Source of the DNA: Vicugna vicugna
Taxonomy: Eukaryota
DNA length: 64,000 nt
Direction: 5' to 3'
NCBI GenBank assembly: GCA_013265495.1
Contig: MU060007.1
Location: 6,445,040-6,509,039 of the forward strand
Part shown: in pieces, positions 63,340 to 64,000 of the stretch
Numbering within the stretch: the first letter of the stretch is position 1
Layout of the letters: each line of letters starts with the position of its first letter
Notes under the pieces: model-generated
Told to the model about the DNA's origin: nothing
What the model saw: only the letters and a program-made list of their open reading frames with translations
Databases searched by the model: none
Translations under genes and position numbers: made by a program

Positions 63340-63990
63340 CTAATATATAATTTTTGATCTGCTTATAGATAACTTGACTAAACAATAAAAATCAGCAAGT
63401 AAAATTTCAGATTTCTTATTTTTCAGAAGAGAGACAATATAATAGGAAAGTTGGCAAAGGATAGAAATAAGAATTTCATAAAAGAGAAAATCCAAATGGT
63501 CATTAACTGTATTTGAAAGAGTACCAAACCCACTGAACTTCTGGGAAATGAAAATGAAAGTCACAATGCAAGATTACTCCCCACTCAATAGACTGGCAAA
63601 ACTGAAAAAGGATGATAGCATGACCTCTGGCAGTGATGTGGGCAAAATGCTACTTTATGACCTTGCTGTGGAAGAGGTGAGATTGAATGCCTTCTTAGAA
63701 AGTTATATGACAACATATTAAGAGTAAAAAATATATATACCTTTTGATTAAGCAATTTCACTTTTGGGAATGTATATAGAAATAAAAACAAAAATACTGC
63801 AAGATTGATTACTACTGTATTTTTGTAGTGGGAAAAGCTGAAAATAAAGTAAATGCTCATTGATAGGGGAATGGATAAATACATTTTAATATATCACTTG
63901 AAATTATCCTGCCATTAAGAGTTAGTTCTATAACTTTTGGCTCATAAAATCATGTTCAAAATTACATGAAACAAGATTCCTTAGGATTGG
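63340..63990 (+). mobile_element. Degenerate L1ME ORF2 3' region
   Basis: ttggcaaaggata...gaaaatccaaatggtc...gggaaatgaaaatgaaagtcacaatg...agactggcaaaa...gcaatttcacttttgggaat. Confidence 0.75.
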
Positions 63991-64000
63991 TCATAGATGA

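Overview
Mammalian genomic DNA. It is AT-rich, has two assembly gaps and no Alu elements, and a short L1 3' end at about 36.5 kb resembles the camelid type (taxon call from recall, moderate confidence). The only supportable protein-coding gene is a complete three-exon COX7C on the minus strand. Its CDS is 33623-33697 plus 32735-32851, encoding 63 aa. Exon 3 is non-coding, begins at 31905 and carries AATAAA at 31813-31818. Intron 2 hosts a box C/D snoRNA matching SNORD138 (the MIR3607 locus). The CpG-rich promoter has a TCT/5'TOP-like start, YY1 and tandem ETS/GABP motifs, and two near-identical ZNF143 motifs. The remaining roughly 62 kb is gene-desert-like: old L1, L2 and MIR fragments, many solo LTRs (some nested), DNA transposon remnants and microsatellites. 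All other listed ORFs look like chance ORFs or repeat remnants. I see no convincing new biological system. The most interesting unit is the COX7C/snoRNA/TOP architecture, which is partly known. Repeat family names come from recalled consensus sequences rather than a database search, and most repeat boundaries are approximate.
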